64,000 nucleotides of DNA, from positions 160,001-224,000 of the forward strand of contig JAVJQW010000043.1 in NCBI GenBank assembly GCA_040218735.1, given 5' to 3'. Origin of the DNA: Deltaproteobacteria bacterium. GTDB taxonomy: Bacteria > Myxococcota > Kuafuiibacteriia > Kuafuiibacteriales > Kuafuiibacteriaceae. Positions 51,216-60,444 of this stretch are shown here, piece by piece; the first letter of the stretch is position 1, and each line of letters starts with the position of its first letter. The translations under genes were made by a program, and so were the position numbers. The notes below the pieces were generated by a model that was not told the DNA's origin, ran no database searches, and worked only from the letters and a program-made list of their open reading frames with translations.

Positions 51216-53409
51216 CCTCGGCCGTGCGTGCGGTGTCGCCGGCCGTCGGTGCCTGCGGCGCCGAGTAGCGCGCGTACACCAGCGAACCCAACGCTGCGAT
51301 CACGATGAGCAACACGACGATCGCGATCGGATAGAACGAGCTCTTCTTCGGCGGCGGCGCCATCCCCGGGAGGATCGACGTCGGCTTGTACGCCGCGGGG
51401 GCGCCGTCGGCCGTCGCACCCTGGTCGCTCGACACCCGCACCTGTGGGAGCCGCGGCACACTCGGGACAGAGGTCGGGACCGTCGGCTGCATGGGATCCG
51501 CCGTGTCCTCGTCGTCGGGGACCGGCGCGGTCTCCTCCGCGAGGTCGTGGTCGAGCACCGGCCGCGTCGCGGGCAGCAACGACTCCGGCGGCGCCATCGG
51601 CTCGAGCGCGACCACGGGCGGGAGCGGACTCCCCGGAACGATCGGCGCGATCGCGTCCTCCGGGAGCTCGACGTCCGCGGGGAGGTCGACGTCCTCCGGG
51701 AGCATGGTGTCGTCCGCGTCGTTCGGGGGCTCCGTCGCCACCGATGACGTGTCGAGCTTCTCGCCCACGACGACCTGCGGCCGGTGGTCGAAGCCCAGCT
51801 CCGCGGAGAGCTGATCCGGGTTGATGGTCAGCAGCGCCGGATCGACGTCCGGCTCCATCCGGAAGTCGACCTGCGTCGGCCCCGCTTCGTCGACGATCGG
51901 ACCGTCGCCGGGGCGCGCCGGCTCGTACAACATGTCCGAGTCCGTCGGTGCGTCGATCGCCGGCCGCACCACCGCTTCCACGCCGATGTCGGGCGTCACC
52001 ACGAGATCCGACGTGTCGACCTTGCCCGTCTCGCGATCCCGCACGATCCACGTGGACTGCACGGGATTGCGACCGGTGTCGTCGAGCGCGACCGGCTGCG
52101 TACCGCGGTGATCTTCGACGAGGTGCGCCTCGGGGTGGAGCGAGTCGGGATCGACGGTCTCGGCCGCGCCCCACGTCGAGCCCCACTCCTCGTGCTCGTC
52201 GGCGCCGAGCGTCGGAAACGCGTCGTCCGAAGTGAGCACCGGGACGTCCGGCGGGGTCGGCCGCTCGGCGCGCGCCGCCGCGATCAGCTCCGCTTCGCTC
52301 GGACCGTCGGTGCCGTCGAGGAGCGTGTGGTTGGTCGGCGCGGAGTGGAACCCGTCCTCGTCGATCTGCGCGGAGGAGAGGCCGCGCGGCGCGGTCGACG
52401 ACAGTCGCGGCAGCACCCCTCCGGGCATCGGCATGAGGCCGAGCTCCAGCGCCTCGATCGCGTGCACTACCTCGGCCGCCGACTGCGGACGATCCTCCGG
52501 GTGTTTCGTCATCATCTTCGCGACGAGGTGTTCGAGCCCGCGGCTCGGTGGTGCGACCGGCGCCGGCGAGGTGATGTGCTGCACCATCACCTCGGCGCGT
52601 GAGTTGCCGGTGAACGGGACGGAGCCCGAGAGCATCTCGTACACCACGCAGCCGAGCGCGTAGAGATCCGCGGTCGGACCGACGCTCGGATCCTGCGTCT
52701 GCTCCGGAGCCATGTACGCCGGCGTGCCGATGATGTGACCGATCGTCGTGAGGCGCTCCTGCACCGGGATCGCGCGGAGGCTCACCGCGCCGAAGTCGAG
52801 GATCTTCACGAACTCGCCGTCGTAGACGTCGGTCTTGAGGAGCATGATGTTCGACGGCTTCACGTCGCGGTGCACGAAGCCGAGCTCGTGCGCGGCGTGA
52901 AGACCGGCCGCGACCTGACGCACGATCCCCGCGACGCGCGTCGGCGACATCGGCGCTTCGGTGGAGATGACGTCCTCGAGCGTGCGCCCGCGGACGAGCT
53001 CCATCGCGAGGAAGGTGAGGCCGTTCGACGTGGTGCCGAAGTCTTCGACCTGCACGATGTTCGGGTGGCGGATCTTGCTGATCGATTGCGCTTCGCGTTT
53101 GAAGCGCGCGCGGAACTTCTCGTCGCCCGCGAAGTCGCCGTACAGGACCTTGATCGCGTAGTCCCGGTCGATCACGGCGTGCTTGGCCGCGTAGACGCAG
53201 CCCATGCCGCCCACGCCGAGGCGCTCGACGATCTCGTAACGCTCGATCGCATTACCCACGAGGGGGTCCTGCTCCGTTTGGACCAGCGCCTCCCCGTCGA
53301 TCCCACACCACGGCACGTTAGCCATGTAGACCGAGCCACAACGCGGACAGACCCGCACCTGGTGAGCTTGCCCCCCTTCGGCGCTCCGTACCAGCCCGGG
53401 GTCCCCCAA
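51199..53409 (-). CDS. Membrane Ser/Thr kinase with N-terminal Cys motif and long acidic linker
   Basis: CPRC...CGID; GVGGMG, YAIK, HRDVKPSN, DFG, GTPAYMAPEQ; C-terminal TM. Confidence 0.9.
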   Translation of the reverse strand: MGDPGLVRSAEGGQAHQVRVCPRCGSVYMANVPWCGIDGEALVQTEQDPLVGNAIERYEIVERLGVGGMGCVYAAKHAVIDRDYAIKVLYGDFAGDEKFRARFKREAQSISKIRHPNIVQVEDFGTTSNGLTFLAMELVRGRTLEDVISTEAPMSPTRVAGIVRQVAAGLHAAHELGFVHRDVKPSNIMLLKTDVYDGEFVKILDFGAVSLRAIPVQERLTTIGHIIGTPAYMAPEQTQDPSVGPTADLYALGCVVYEMLSGSVPFTGNSRAEVMVQHITSPAPVAPPSRGLEHLVAKMMTKHPEDRPQSAAEVVHAIEALELGLMPMPGGVLPRLSSTAPRGLSSAQIDEDGFHSAPTNHTLLDGTDGPSEAELIAAARAERPTPPDVPVLTSDDAFPTLGADEHEEWGSTWGAAETVDPDSLHPEAHLVEDHRGTQPVALDDTGRNPVQSTWIVRDRETGKVDTSDLVVTPDIGVEAVVRPAIDAPTDSDMLYEPARPGDGPIVDEAGPTQVDFRMEPDVDPALLTINPDQLSAELGFDHRPQVVVGEKLDTSSVATEPPNDADDTMLPEDVDLPADVELPEDAIAPIVPGSPLPPVVALEPMAPPESLLPATRPVLDHDLAEETAPVPDDEDTADPMQPTVPTSVPSVPRLPQVRVSSDQGATADGAPAAYKPTSILPGMAPPPKKSSFYPIAIVVLLIVIAALGSLVYARYSAPQAPTAGDTARTAEVTDDS

Positions 53410-53456
53410 CGTCCTACCTTGTTGCCCATGCCGCAGCGCGGGTACAAGCCCGCCCC

Positions 53457-54710
53457 GTGCCCCTGAGGATCGCCGCCGTCGCCTACACCCACTACGAGTC
53501 GGATCCGCGGGTGAAACGCGAGGCCGAGGCGTTGGCCGCCCGGGGCGACGACGTCACCGTCTTCGCGCTCGCCTCCGAGGGGCGCCCGGCCGAGGCGACC
53601 GAGAACGGGGTGAAGGTCGTCCGCCTCGCCATGCCGCGTTATCGGGGCGGGGCCGCGGCGCAGTACGTCGCGTCCTACGGCGCGTTCATGGCGCGCGTGC
53701 ACCTGCCGCTGATCGCCGCGCACCTGAAGGAGCGCTTCGACGTCGTGCACATCCACACCATGCCGGACGCGATGGTGTTCTGCGCGCTCGTGCCGCGCCT
53801 GTCCGGCGCGAAGGTCGTCCTCGACATGCACGACCTCATGCCCGACCTGTTCCGCGTGAAGTTCGAGGGGCGTGTCGGCGACGCCGTCGGCACCGCGCTC
53901 GAGCTCGTGCAGCAAGCCGCGACGACGTTCGCCGACGCGGTGATCGCCGTGCACGAGAACCAATACGAGCTGCTCCTCGACGCGGGGGTGCCGGCGCACA
54001 AACTCGCGATCGTGATGAACGCCGCCGACCCCACGCTGTTCCCGCCGCGGAAGAAGGAGCCGCGCGTGAAGGACGAGGTTCGCGTCATCTATCACGGCAC
54101 CGTCCTGCACCGGTACGGCTGCGACCTCGCGGTGCGTGCGTTCGCGAAGGCCCACGCCCAGGAGCCGAAGCTCACGATGCGGATGCTCGGCGGCGGGGAC
54201 TACGTCGGCGACGTCCGCGCGCTCGCGGACTCCCTCGGTCTCTCAGAGCCGGCGTTCTCGATGAGCGGTGCGCACGTCCCGCTCGAAGAGATCGCGGCGG
54301 CGATCCGGGACGCACACATCGGTCTGATCCCGAACCGCGACGACCACGTCGATTCGGTTCTTCCGACCAAGCTGCTCGAATACGTCGCGGTCGGAATCCC
54401 CGCGGTCGCAGCGAACACCCGAACGATCGGGCGCTTCTTCGACGGCGACACCGTCGAGATGTTCGAGGTCGGCGACGTCGACGCGATGGCCGAAGCCTTG
54501 GTGCGGCTCGCGCGGGACGGGGCGCGGCGCAAGGCGCTGGTCGCCGCAGGGCGCGCCTGGGAGGCGGAGTACGGCTGGGACGTGAACCGCCAGCACCTGC
54601 TCCGGACGATGGATGCGCTCTGCTACGAGAAGATCGCCGCGGAGCGCAAAGCGCGCCAAAAGGCGAAGGAAGGCAAGAAGACCGGGACGATCCAGACCCC
54701 GGCCAAGTAA
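53457..54710 (+). CDS. GT4 glycosyltransferase
   Basis: DPRVKREAEAL, HIHTMPD, DMHDL.P, YHGT, PTKLLEYVAVGIP. Confidence 0.9.
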   Translation: MPLRIAAVAYTHYESDPRVKREAEALAARGDDVTVFALASEGRPAEATENGVKVVRLAMPRYRGGAAAQYVASYGAFMARVHLPLIAAHLKERFDVVHIHTMPDAMVFCALVPRLSGAKVVLDMHDLMPDLFRVKFEGRVGDAVGTALELVQQAATTFADAVIAVHENQYELLLDAGVPAHKLAIVMNAADPTLFPPRKKEPRVKDEVRVIYHGTVLHRYGCDLAVRAFAKAHAQEPKLTMRMLGGGDYVGDVRALADSLGLSEPAFSMSGAHVPLEEIAAAIRDAHIGLIPNRDDHVDSVLPTKLLEYVAVGIPAVAANTRTIGRFFDGDTVEMFEVGDVDAMAEALVRLARDGARRKALVAAGRAWEAEYGWDVNRQHLLRTMDALCYEKIAAERKARQKAKEGKKTGTIQTPAK

Positions 54711-54769
54711 CGCACCTCGTCAGGTTTGGGATTGCTCCGGACCTCCGCGGCGGCTATTCACCCCCCGAG

Positions 54770-56905
54770 ATGCTCACGGCCTACTCGGACCTGAAGCCGA
54801 TCCTGTTCACGCTGTTCTTCGCGGCGGCCATGGGGGCGTTCTCGTACTCCGTCTGGCGCATGGCGCGGCTCGCGCGCCTCGGCAAGGACATCGAAGGGCT
54901 CTTCGACGACCCGGTCGATCGCTTCGGGAAGGTCATCTACCTCGTCTTCTTCCAGCGCAAGGTCGTGCAGGAGAAGTTCGGCTGGAACCACGTCGTCTTC
55001 TTCTGGGGCTTCATGATCATCACCGTCGGGCACGCCGAGTTCTTCATGCGCGGCATGATCCCGTCGTTCTCGCTCGGCTTCCTCGGCGACACCGTCTACG
55101 GCGCCATACTGTTCGGCGGTGACCTCATGGCGTTCGTCGTCATGTTCGCGGTGGGCGTCGCGCTGTTCCGCCGCCTCGTCATCCGGCCCAACCACATCCA
55201 CTACATGTCGGTCGATGGCTTCCGGATCCTCGGCCTCATCTTCTGGGTGATGTTCACGTACTTCCTCGCCACCTCGTTCGGCCTCCGCGGCGGACACCCG
55301 GACGTCGCGAACCACAGCGGGCCGCTGGTCATCTCGAGCTGGATCTCGGGGGTGTGGTCGAGCGTCCCGCAGGAGCGCGCGGCGACGCTCTGGTACGAGC
55401 TGTTCTGGTGGGCGCACGCGGTCGTGCTGCTCACCTTCCTCAACGTGATCCCGCACTCCAAGCACATCCACCTGCTCGGCGCGATCCCGAACATCTACGT
55501 CCACAAGCGCAAGAAACACAAAGCGGAGCTCACGCGGATCGACTTCGAGACGGCCGAGACCTACGGCAACGGTCGCGCGGTCGACTTCACGTGGAAAGCG
55601 CTGCTCGACACGTACGCGTGCACGGAGTGCGGTCGCTGCGACAAGTACTGCCCGGCGCGCCGCACCGGCAAACCGCTCGAGCCGCAGACGGTCATCCACG
55701 AGATCCGCCACAACCTCTACGCGAACGGCGATCCGCTCCTGAAGGAGCGCGGCATCTTCGCGTTCGACCAGGCGCCGGACGACTTCGCCCCCGAGCTCCC
55801 GCTGATCGCGGAGAGCGAAGAGGTGAAGCAGTACGGGCAGACGTCGCCCGAGGTGCTGTGGGCGTGCACGAGCTGCGGCGCGTGTGTGAACGCGTGCCCG
55901 GTGCTGATCGATCACGTCGACGCGATCATGGACATGCGCCGGCACATGACCCTCATGGAGGGCAACATCTCGCCGGAGCTCGCGACGACGTTCAAGAACA
56001 TCGAGAACAACTACAACCCGTGGGGCATCGGTCACGACAAACGCGCGGACTGGGCGGAGGACCTCGGGCTGAAGTACTGGGGCGGCAGCGACTCTGCGAA
56101 CGAGTTCGAGTACCTGTTCTGGGTCGGCTGCGCCGGCAGCTACGACAACCGCGCGCAGAAGACGATGAAGGCGTTGACCAAGGTGCTCGACGCCGGCGGC
56201 GTCTCGTACGCGATCCTCGGGCAGCACGAGAAGTGCACCGGTGATTCGTTGCGCCGCACCGGCAATGAGTACGCGTTCGACGCGCTCGCGCAGGAGAACG
56301 TGCAGACGCTCAACGACTTCGGCGTGAAGAAGATCGTGACGGCGTGCCCGCACTGCTTCAACACGCTCCGCAACGAGTACCCCGCGTTCGGCGGGCACTA
56401 CGAGGTGCTGCACCACTCGCAGCTGATCGCCGAGCTCCTCGACGCCGGCCGCATCAAGGTCGACGACGAGACCGCCAAGCGCGTGACCTTCCACGACCCG
56501 TGTTTCCTCGGGCGCTGGAATGACGAGACCGAGGCCCCCCGCAAGACCCTCGCCGCGATTCGCCGGCTGAACGTCGTCGAGATGGAGGAGTCCAAGGAGA
56601 AGTCGTTCTGCTGCGGCGCGGGCGGCGGTCAGATGTGGATGGAGGAGCACACCGGCAAGCGCGTGAACATCGAGCGCACCGAGCAGGCGCTCGCCGTCGA
56701 GCCCGACATCATCGCCGTCGGTTGCCCGTTCTGCATGACGATGATCGAGGACGGCGTGAAGTCGTTCGACCGCGAGGGCGACGTGCAGGTCCTCGACCTC
56801 GCCGAGGTCGTCGCGGACGCGCTCGTGCCGATGCCGTCGAAGAAGGCGGCGCCGAAGGACCCCGAGCCTCCGCAGGAGGTCGAGGTCCCGGCTTCCGTGA
56901 CCTAG
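54770..56905 (+). CDS. Membrane-bound Fe-S oxidoreductase (FadF/HdrD-like: TM domain, two 4Fe-4S motifs, two CCG domains)
   Basis: CTECGRCDKYCP, CTSCGACVNACP, WVGC, CTGD, CPHC, HDPCFLGR, CCGAGGG, CPFC. Confidence 0.92.
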   Translation: MLTAYSDLKPILFTLFFAAAMGAFSYSVWRMARLARLGKDIEGLFDDPVDRFGKVIYLVFFQRKVVQEKFGWNHVVFFWGFMIITVGHAEFFMRGMIPSFSLGFLGDTVYGAILFGGDLMAFVVMFAVGVALFRRLVIRPNHIHYMSVDGFRILGLIFWVMFTYFLATSFGLRGGHPDVANHSGPLVISSWISGVWSSVPQERAATLWYELFWWAHAVVLLTFLNVIPHSKHIHLLGAIPNIYVHKRKKHKAELTRIDFETAETYGNGRAVDFTWKALLDTYACTECGRCDKYCPARRTGKPLEPQTVIHEIRHNLYANGDPLLKERGIFAFDQAPDDFAPELPLIAESEEVKQYGQTSPEVLWACTSCGACVNACPVLIDHVDAIMDMRRHMTLMEGNISPELATTFKNIENNYNPWGIGHDKRADWAEDLGLKYWGGSDSANEFEYLFWVGCAGSYDNRAQKTMKALTKVLDAGGVSYAILGQHEKCTGDSLRRTGNEYAFDALAQENVQTLNDFGVKKIVTACPHCFNTLRNEYPAFGGHYEVLHHSQLIAELLDAGRIKVDDETAKRVTFHDPCFLGRWNDETEAPRKTLAAIRRLNVVEMEESKEKSFCCGAGGGQMWMEEHTGKRVNIERTEQALAVEPDIIAVGCPFCMTMIEDGVKSFDREGDVQVLDLAEVVADALVPMPSKKAAPKDPEPPQEVEVPASVT

Positions 56906-56912
56906 GAGGCCG

Positions 56913-57257
56913 TCAGGCCTTCGTCGCGATGCGCTCGTCGAGGGCGGCCTCCAGGGTCGCCTTCGGCACGGCACCGACGATCTGCTTCACCGGCGTACCG
57001 CCGTCGAACACCAACAGCGTCGGCAGCCCCGACACGTGGTACCTCGACGCGATCTCCGGGTTCGCGTCCGCGTCGATCTTCGCGACGTAGGCGCGGCCTT
57101 CGTACGCCTCCGCGATCGACTCCAGCGCCGGCGCGATCGCGCGGCAGGGCGCGCACCACGTCGCCCAGAAATCGACGAGCACCGGGCGGTCGGCGTTCAA
57201 CACCGCCGCCTCGAAGTTGTTCGTGTCCACGTGCAGGGTTTTGTTCGTCAAAGTCAT
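56913..57257 (-). CDS. trxA: Thioredoxin
   Basis: VLVDFWATWCAPCR, GLPTL; GGAGG RBS before ATG 57257. Confidence 0.9.
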   Translation of the reverse strand: MTLTNKTLHVDTNNFEAAVLNADRPVLVDFWATWCAPCRAIAPALESIAEAYEGRAYVAKIDADANPEIASRYHVSGLPTLLVFDGGTPVKQIVGAVPKATLEAALDERIATKA

Positions 57258-57300
57258 CAACCTCCGAGGACGGAGGTCGTGAGCGGGCGGATCATTACAC

Positions 57301-57855
57301 TCAGCCGATCATGCACTGATACAGCGCCTTCTTCGCGCGGTGGAGCAGCACGGCGACGTGGCCGGGCGTGAGGTCGAGCGCTGCGGCGGCCTCGGTGCCG
57401 CTGAGCTCCTCGAGCATTCGCAGGTGGACGACGTTGCGTTGGACGTCGCCCAGTTTGTTCACGCAGCCGACGAGGCGCACGTGGTCCTCGGCTTCCAGCA
57501 CCAGGGCCTCGGCGTCGGGGAGGGCGTCGGCGACCGCGGTGTCTTCGATGGCTTCGTGTGGTTTCGACCGGTGGTGCCGCCGCCGCATGTTCCGCGCCGC
57601 GTTCCTCACGATCACACGCATCAAGGCGCGGCTGTCGTCGGGGGCGCCCACCAGCTCGCGCGCCTGCGGGAGGCCGAGGAAGGTGTGGAACGCCTCCTGG
57701 ACCGCGTCGAGCGCCTCGTCCGCGGTGAGGCCCTCGCTGCGGGCGACCTGCGCGAGCGCAGTGGTGTGTTCGCGGGCGAGGGTGGTCACCCACCCGGTGA
57801 AGGTGATCGAGCTTTCGGATTCGACGTGCACGGGTCCGTAGGTAGAGGTCGCCAT
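57301..57855 (-). CDS. ECF sigma-70 factor
   Basis: Region 2 EALDAVQEAF...IVRNAARNMRRR; region 4 LSGTEAAAALDLTPGHVAVLLHRAK. Confidence 0.85.
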   Translation of the reverse strand: MATSTYGPVHVESESSITFTGWVTTLAREHTTALAQVARSEGLTADEALDAVQEAFHTFLGLPQARELVGAPDDSRALMRVIVRNAARNMRRRHHRSKPHEAIEDTAVADALPDAEALVLEAEDHVRLVGCVNKLGDVQRNVVHLRMLEELSGTEAAAALDLTPGHVAVLLHRAKKALYQCMIG

Positions 57856-57866
57856 CCGCCCTGAAA

Positions 57867-58853
57867 TTACAAGGGCAGCGATCGTCTTGGGCGCAGGGTC
57901 ACGACGATGGGCCAGTGGTCCGTCACCCGGATCCCCTCATGGCGTTGGGACAGCGTCTGCGCGGCGATCGGCTCGAGGTCTCGGGACGTGAGCACCCAGT
58001 CGATCCGCACGGCGTCTACGAAGCACTCCGACTTCGGGCACAGCATCCGCGCGGGGTTATCAGGCTGGAGCACGGCTTGGGCGTCGACGTACCGGGCGAT
58101 GAAGTGCGCGTAGGTACCGGACCGAAAGGGCGCGGCCCACGCGGGGGCCTCGTCCCATGTCGCTTCGGTGAAGGGGAGGGCGTTGAAGTCTCCGGTGAGG
58201 ACGACGCTGCGTCCTGGGTAGCGTGTCCGCAGTCGGCCGGTGAGGATCCGCGCCGAGGCCTCGTTGACCCGACGGTCGCCGTCGAAGTGGGTGTTGCAGA
58301 ACACGAGCTGTCGGCCGTCGTGTTCGCGCAAGAGGGCGCAGCTGACGGAGCGCGGTCCGTGTCCGGGGACCGCGCGCGGGAGGTCGTCGGAGCGCGGGAC
58401 ATCCGGGGTCGTGCTGAGCCAGAAGTGGTGCGCTTCGACCAGCGCGTAGCGGTCCTTCCTGAAGAACAGGAGCGAGTCGTGCTGCTCGGGCGCGAGCTTC
58501 GTGGCGACGGAGACGCCCGTGTACGCGGGGAGCGCGGCTTCGAGATCGTCGGCTTGGCGCCGGGTGGCCTCTTGTGTGCCGACGAGGTCGGCGTTCGCCG
58601 ACGCGATGATCGCGATGGCGCCCGCGCGCCGGTGCGCCCAGGTCGCCGCGCCCGTGACGTCGGGATCGTCCCAGCGGACGTTGAAGGTCAGGACGGTGGT
58701 CGTCGGCGCCGCGCGCGCCGCCGTGACGCGTGGCGTGCTGACGTCTGCGGCGTAGGAGGCTGGCCTCGCGTACAGGACGTCGTCGGCGGTGCTTTGCGCG
58801 CGGGGCGCGGGGCCGCACGCGACGAGCGCGGTGAGGACGAAGAGGCGACGCAC
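57867..58853 (-). CDS. Endonuclease/exonuclease/phosphatase (EEP) family lipoprotein
   Basis: Lipobox LVAC; TFNVR, GTQE, FWLS.TP, NTHFD, GDFN, IDWV, TDHWP. Confidence 0.9.
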   Translation of the reverse strand: MRRLFVLTALVACGPAPRAQSTADDVLYARPASYAADVSTPRVTAARAAPTTTVLTFNVRWDDPDVTGAATWAHRRAGAIAIIASANADLVGTQEATRRQADDLEAALPAYTGVSVATKLAPEQHDSLLFFRKDRYALVEAHHFWLSTTPDVPRSDDLPRAVPGHGPRSVSCALLREHDGRQLVFCNTHFDGDRRVNEASARILTGRLRTRYPGRSVVLTGDFNALPFTEATWDEAPAWAAPFRSGTYAHFIARYVDAQAVLQPDNPARMLCPKSECFVDAVRIDWVLTSRDLEPIAAQTLSQRHEGIRVTDHWPIVVTLRPRRSLPL

Positions 58854-59155
58854 GCCCCCGCCAAGAGCAAGGGCCTCGCCACCGCCGGCCGGTCCTCAAT
58901 GGATTTCAGTCGCAGTGGGATCACCGCTGGAACCGGCGAGTTGGCTGTTCTGTGGGCTCCCCAAAGAAATTCGGCGTTGTTCGGCCGGGCGAAGGTTCGT
59001 CCGAGCGTCCGCCGATTCGTCCGAAATCCGAACGCACGGCGCTTCGTCATCGCGGGCCGCCACGACGGGTTTCGAGCGCGGTTCGAGAATACGTCGACTC
59101 CGCTGTTCTCGTACGAGGATGGGCGGCTCACTCCAGGAATGTTATCCGGTCGCCC

Positions 59156-59791
59156 GTGTCGCTCCTGTCGGTCCTGCTCGCGAGGCTCGACCCCGACGCC
59201 GACGCACGTCGTGTCGCACGTGTCTTGGCCGGCGACGCGCGCGAGACCGACGCGCTCGTGGATCAGCTGATGGGTCCGATCCAGCGGCGCGTCGCCTGGG
59301 TGCTCAGCAAGGGGAGGCGGTCGGCCAGTCGCAACGACGTCCTCGACTACACCCAAGACGTCCTCGTGAAGCTCTTCGAGGACGACCACCGGATCCTGCG
59401 GTCGTGGTCCCCGGACAAGGGGGCGTCCTTGGAGTCCTTCGTGCAGCTCGTGGCGCAGCGCTTGGTGCTCTCGTCGCTCCGCAGCGGGCGAAAGAGCGGC
59501 TGGGCCGAGGATCCGACGCTCAACGAAGATCTCGAGCGACAGGTTTCGACGACTGACGTCGAACAGCAGGCATGGAGCAAGGACACGCTGCACACCATCC
59601 TCGATCGTATGGAGGCGGAGCTGACCCCGCGCAGCTGGGCGTTGTTCCGCGCGCTCTTCGTGGAGGAGCAGGAGCCGGCTGAGGTCGCCAAGAAACACGA
59701 CATGAGCCTCAACGCCCTCTACTCCTGGCGGAGCCGCTTTCGCACGCAAGCGCGGGCCTGGGCCGAGAAGGGCGAAGGGACGGATTCATGA
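59156..59791 (+). CDS. ECF sigma-70 factor
   Basis: DVLDYTQDVLVKLF...LRSW.PDKGASLESFV; EVAKKHDMSLNALYSWRSR. GTG start about 59156. Confidence 0.85.
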   Translation: MSLLSVLLARLDPDADARRVARVLAGDARETDALVDQLMGPIQRRVAWVLSKGRRSASRNDVLDYTQDVLVKLFEDDHRILRSWSPDKGASLESFVQLVAQRLVLSSLRSGRKSGWAEDPTLNEDLERQVSTTDVEQQAWSKDTLHTILDRMEAELTPRSWALFRALFVEEQEPAEVAKKHDMSLNALYSWRSRFRTQARAWAEKGEGTDS

Positions 59792-60444
59792 GCTCGGACG
59801 ACGACCTCGAGGCGCTCGCGCGTCTCAGCCGCGAACGCGACGCGGAGCGCGACGCGTGGGAGGCCGACGCCGCCAACGCGCCGGACCTGCTGGCCCCGCT
59901 CACGGATCTCGAGCGCCAGCGGATCAAGAACGCCGTGCGCGCCGGTCGCGCGCCGGCCTCGCGCCGGAGGGTGTGGGCGGGCGTCGCGGGCGTCGTCGCG
60001 ATCGCTGCGGCGATCCTCCTCGCGCTGCGGCTCGGTCCGCAGGGTGCCGCCGTACCGGAGTATGGGTTCGAGCTGAGATCACAAGGCTTCTCGGAGGTCC
60101 GGAGCGCCACCGTCGCGGACGCGTGGACCTACGCCGACGGGATGACCGTGGACATCGTGCTCCGCCCCGTGAGCGCGGCGCCCGGGAGCACGTGGGCCGC
60201 GGTGTACCGACGTGACGGCGCGGCGGTGACCCGTTTGGACTGGACGCCGGTGCGCTCCGAAGGTGGGAGCCTCCGCTTCAAGGGCGCGGTCGGTGCTCAG
60301 CTGAAGCTGCCGACCGGGGCGTCGCAGCTCGTGTTCGTGGTGGGGGCGCGTGACGTGGTCGAGCGGTGGGATCCGAAGAGCGACGTCGACGTGCAGGTGT
60401 TCGAACGGGTGATGACGGTGCGGGAGGGAGATGCTCGTGAGTAG
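59788..60444 (+). CDS. Single-pass membrane protein, putative anti-sigma factor
   Basis: ATGA-coupled to the ECF; short charged N-domain, TM VWAGVAGVVAIAAAILLAL, beta-rich outer domain. Confidence 0.65.
   Translation: MSSDDDLEALARLSRERDAERDAWEADAANAPDLLAPLTDLERQRIKNAVRAGRAPASRRRVWAGVAGVVAIAAAILLALRLGPQGAAVPEYGFELRSQGFSEVRSATVADAWTYADGMTVDIVLRPVSAAPGSTWAAVYRRDGAAVTRLDWTPVRSEGGSLRFKGAVGAQLKLPTGASQLVFVVGARDVVERWDPKSDVDVQVFERVMTVREGDARE

Noticed and set aside
58854-59155. 300-nt intergenic region as a possible ncRNA or riboswitch
   Set aside because: No recognisable conserved RNA motif by eye; explained as a divergent promoter region. An Rfam/Infernal scan would settle it.
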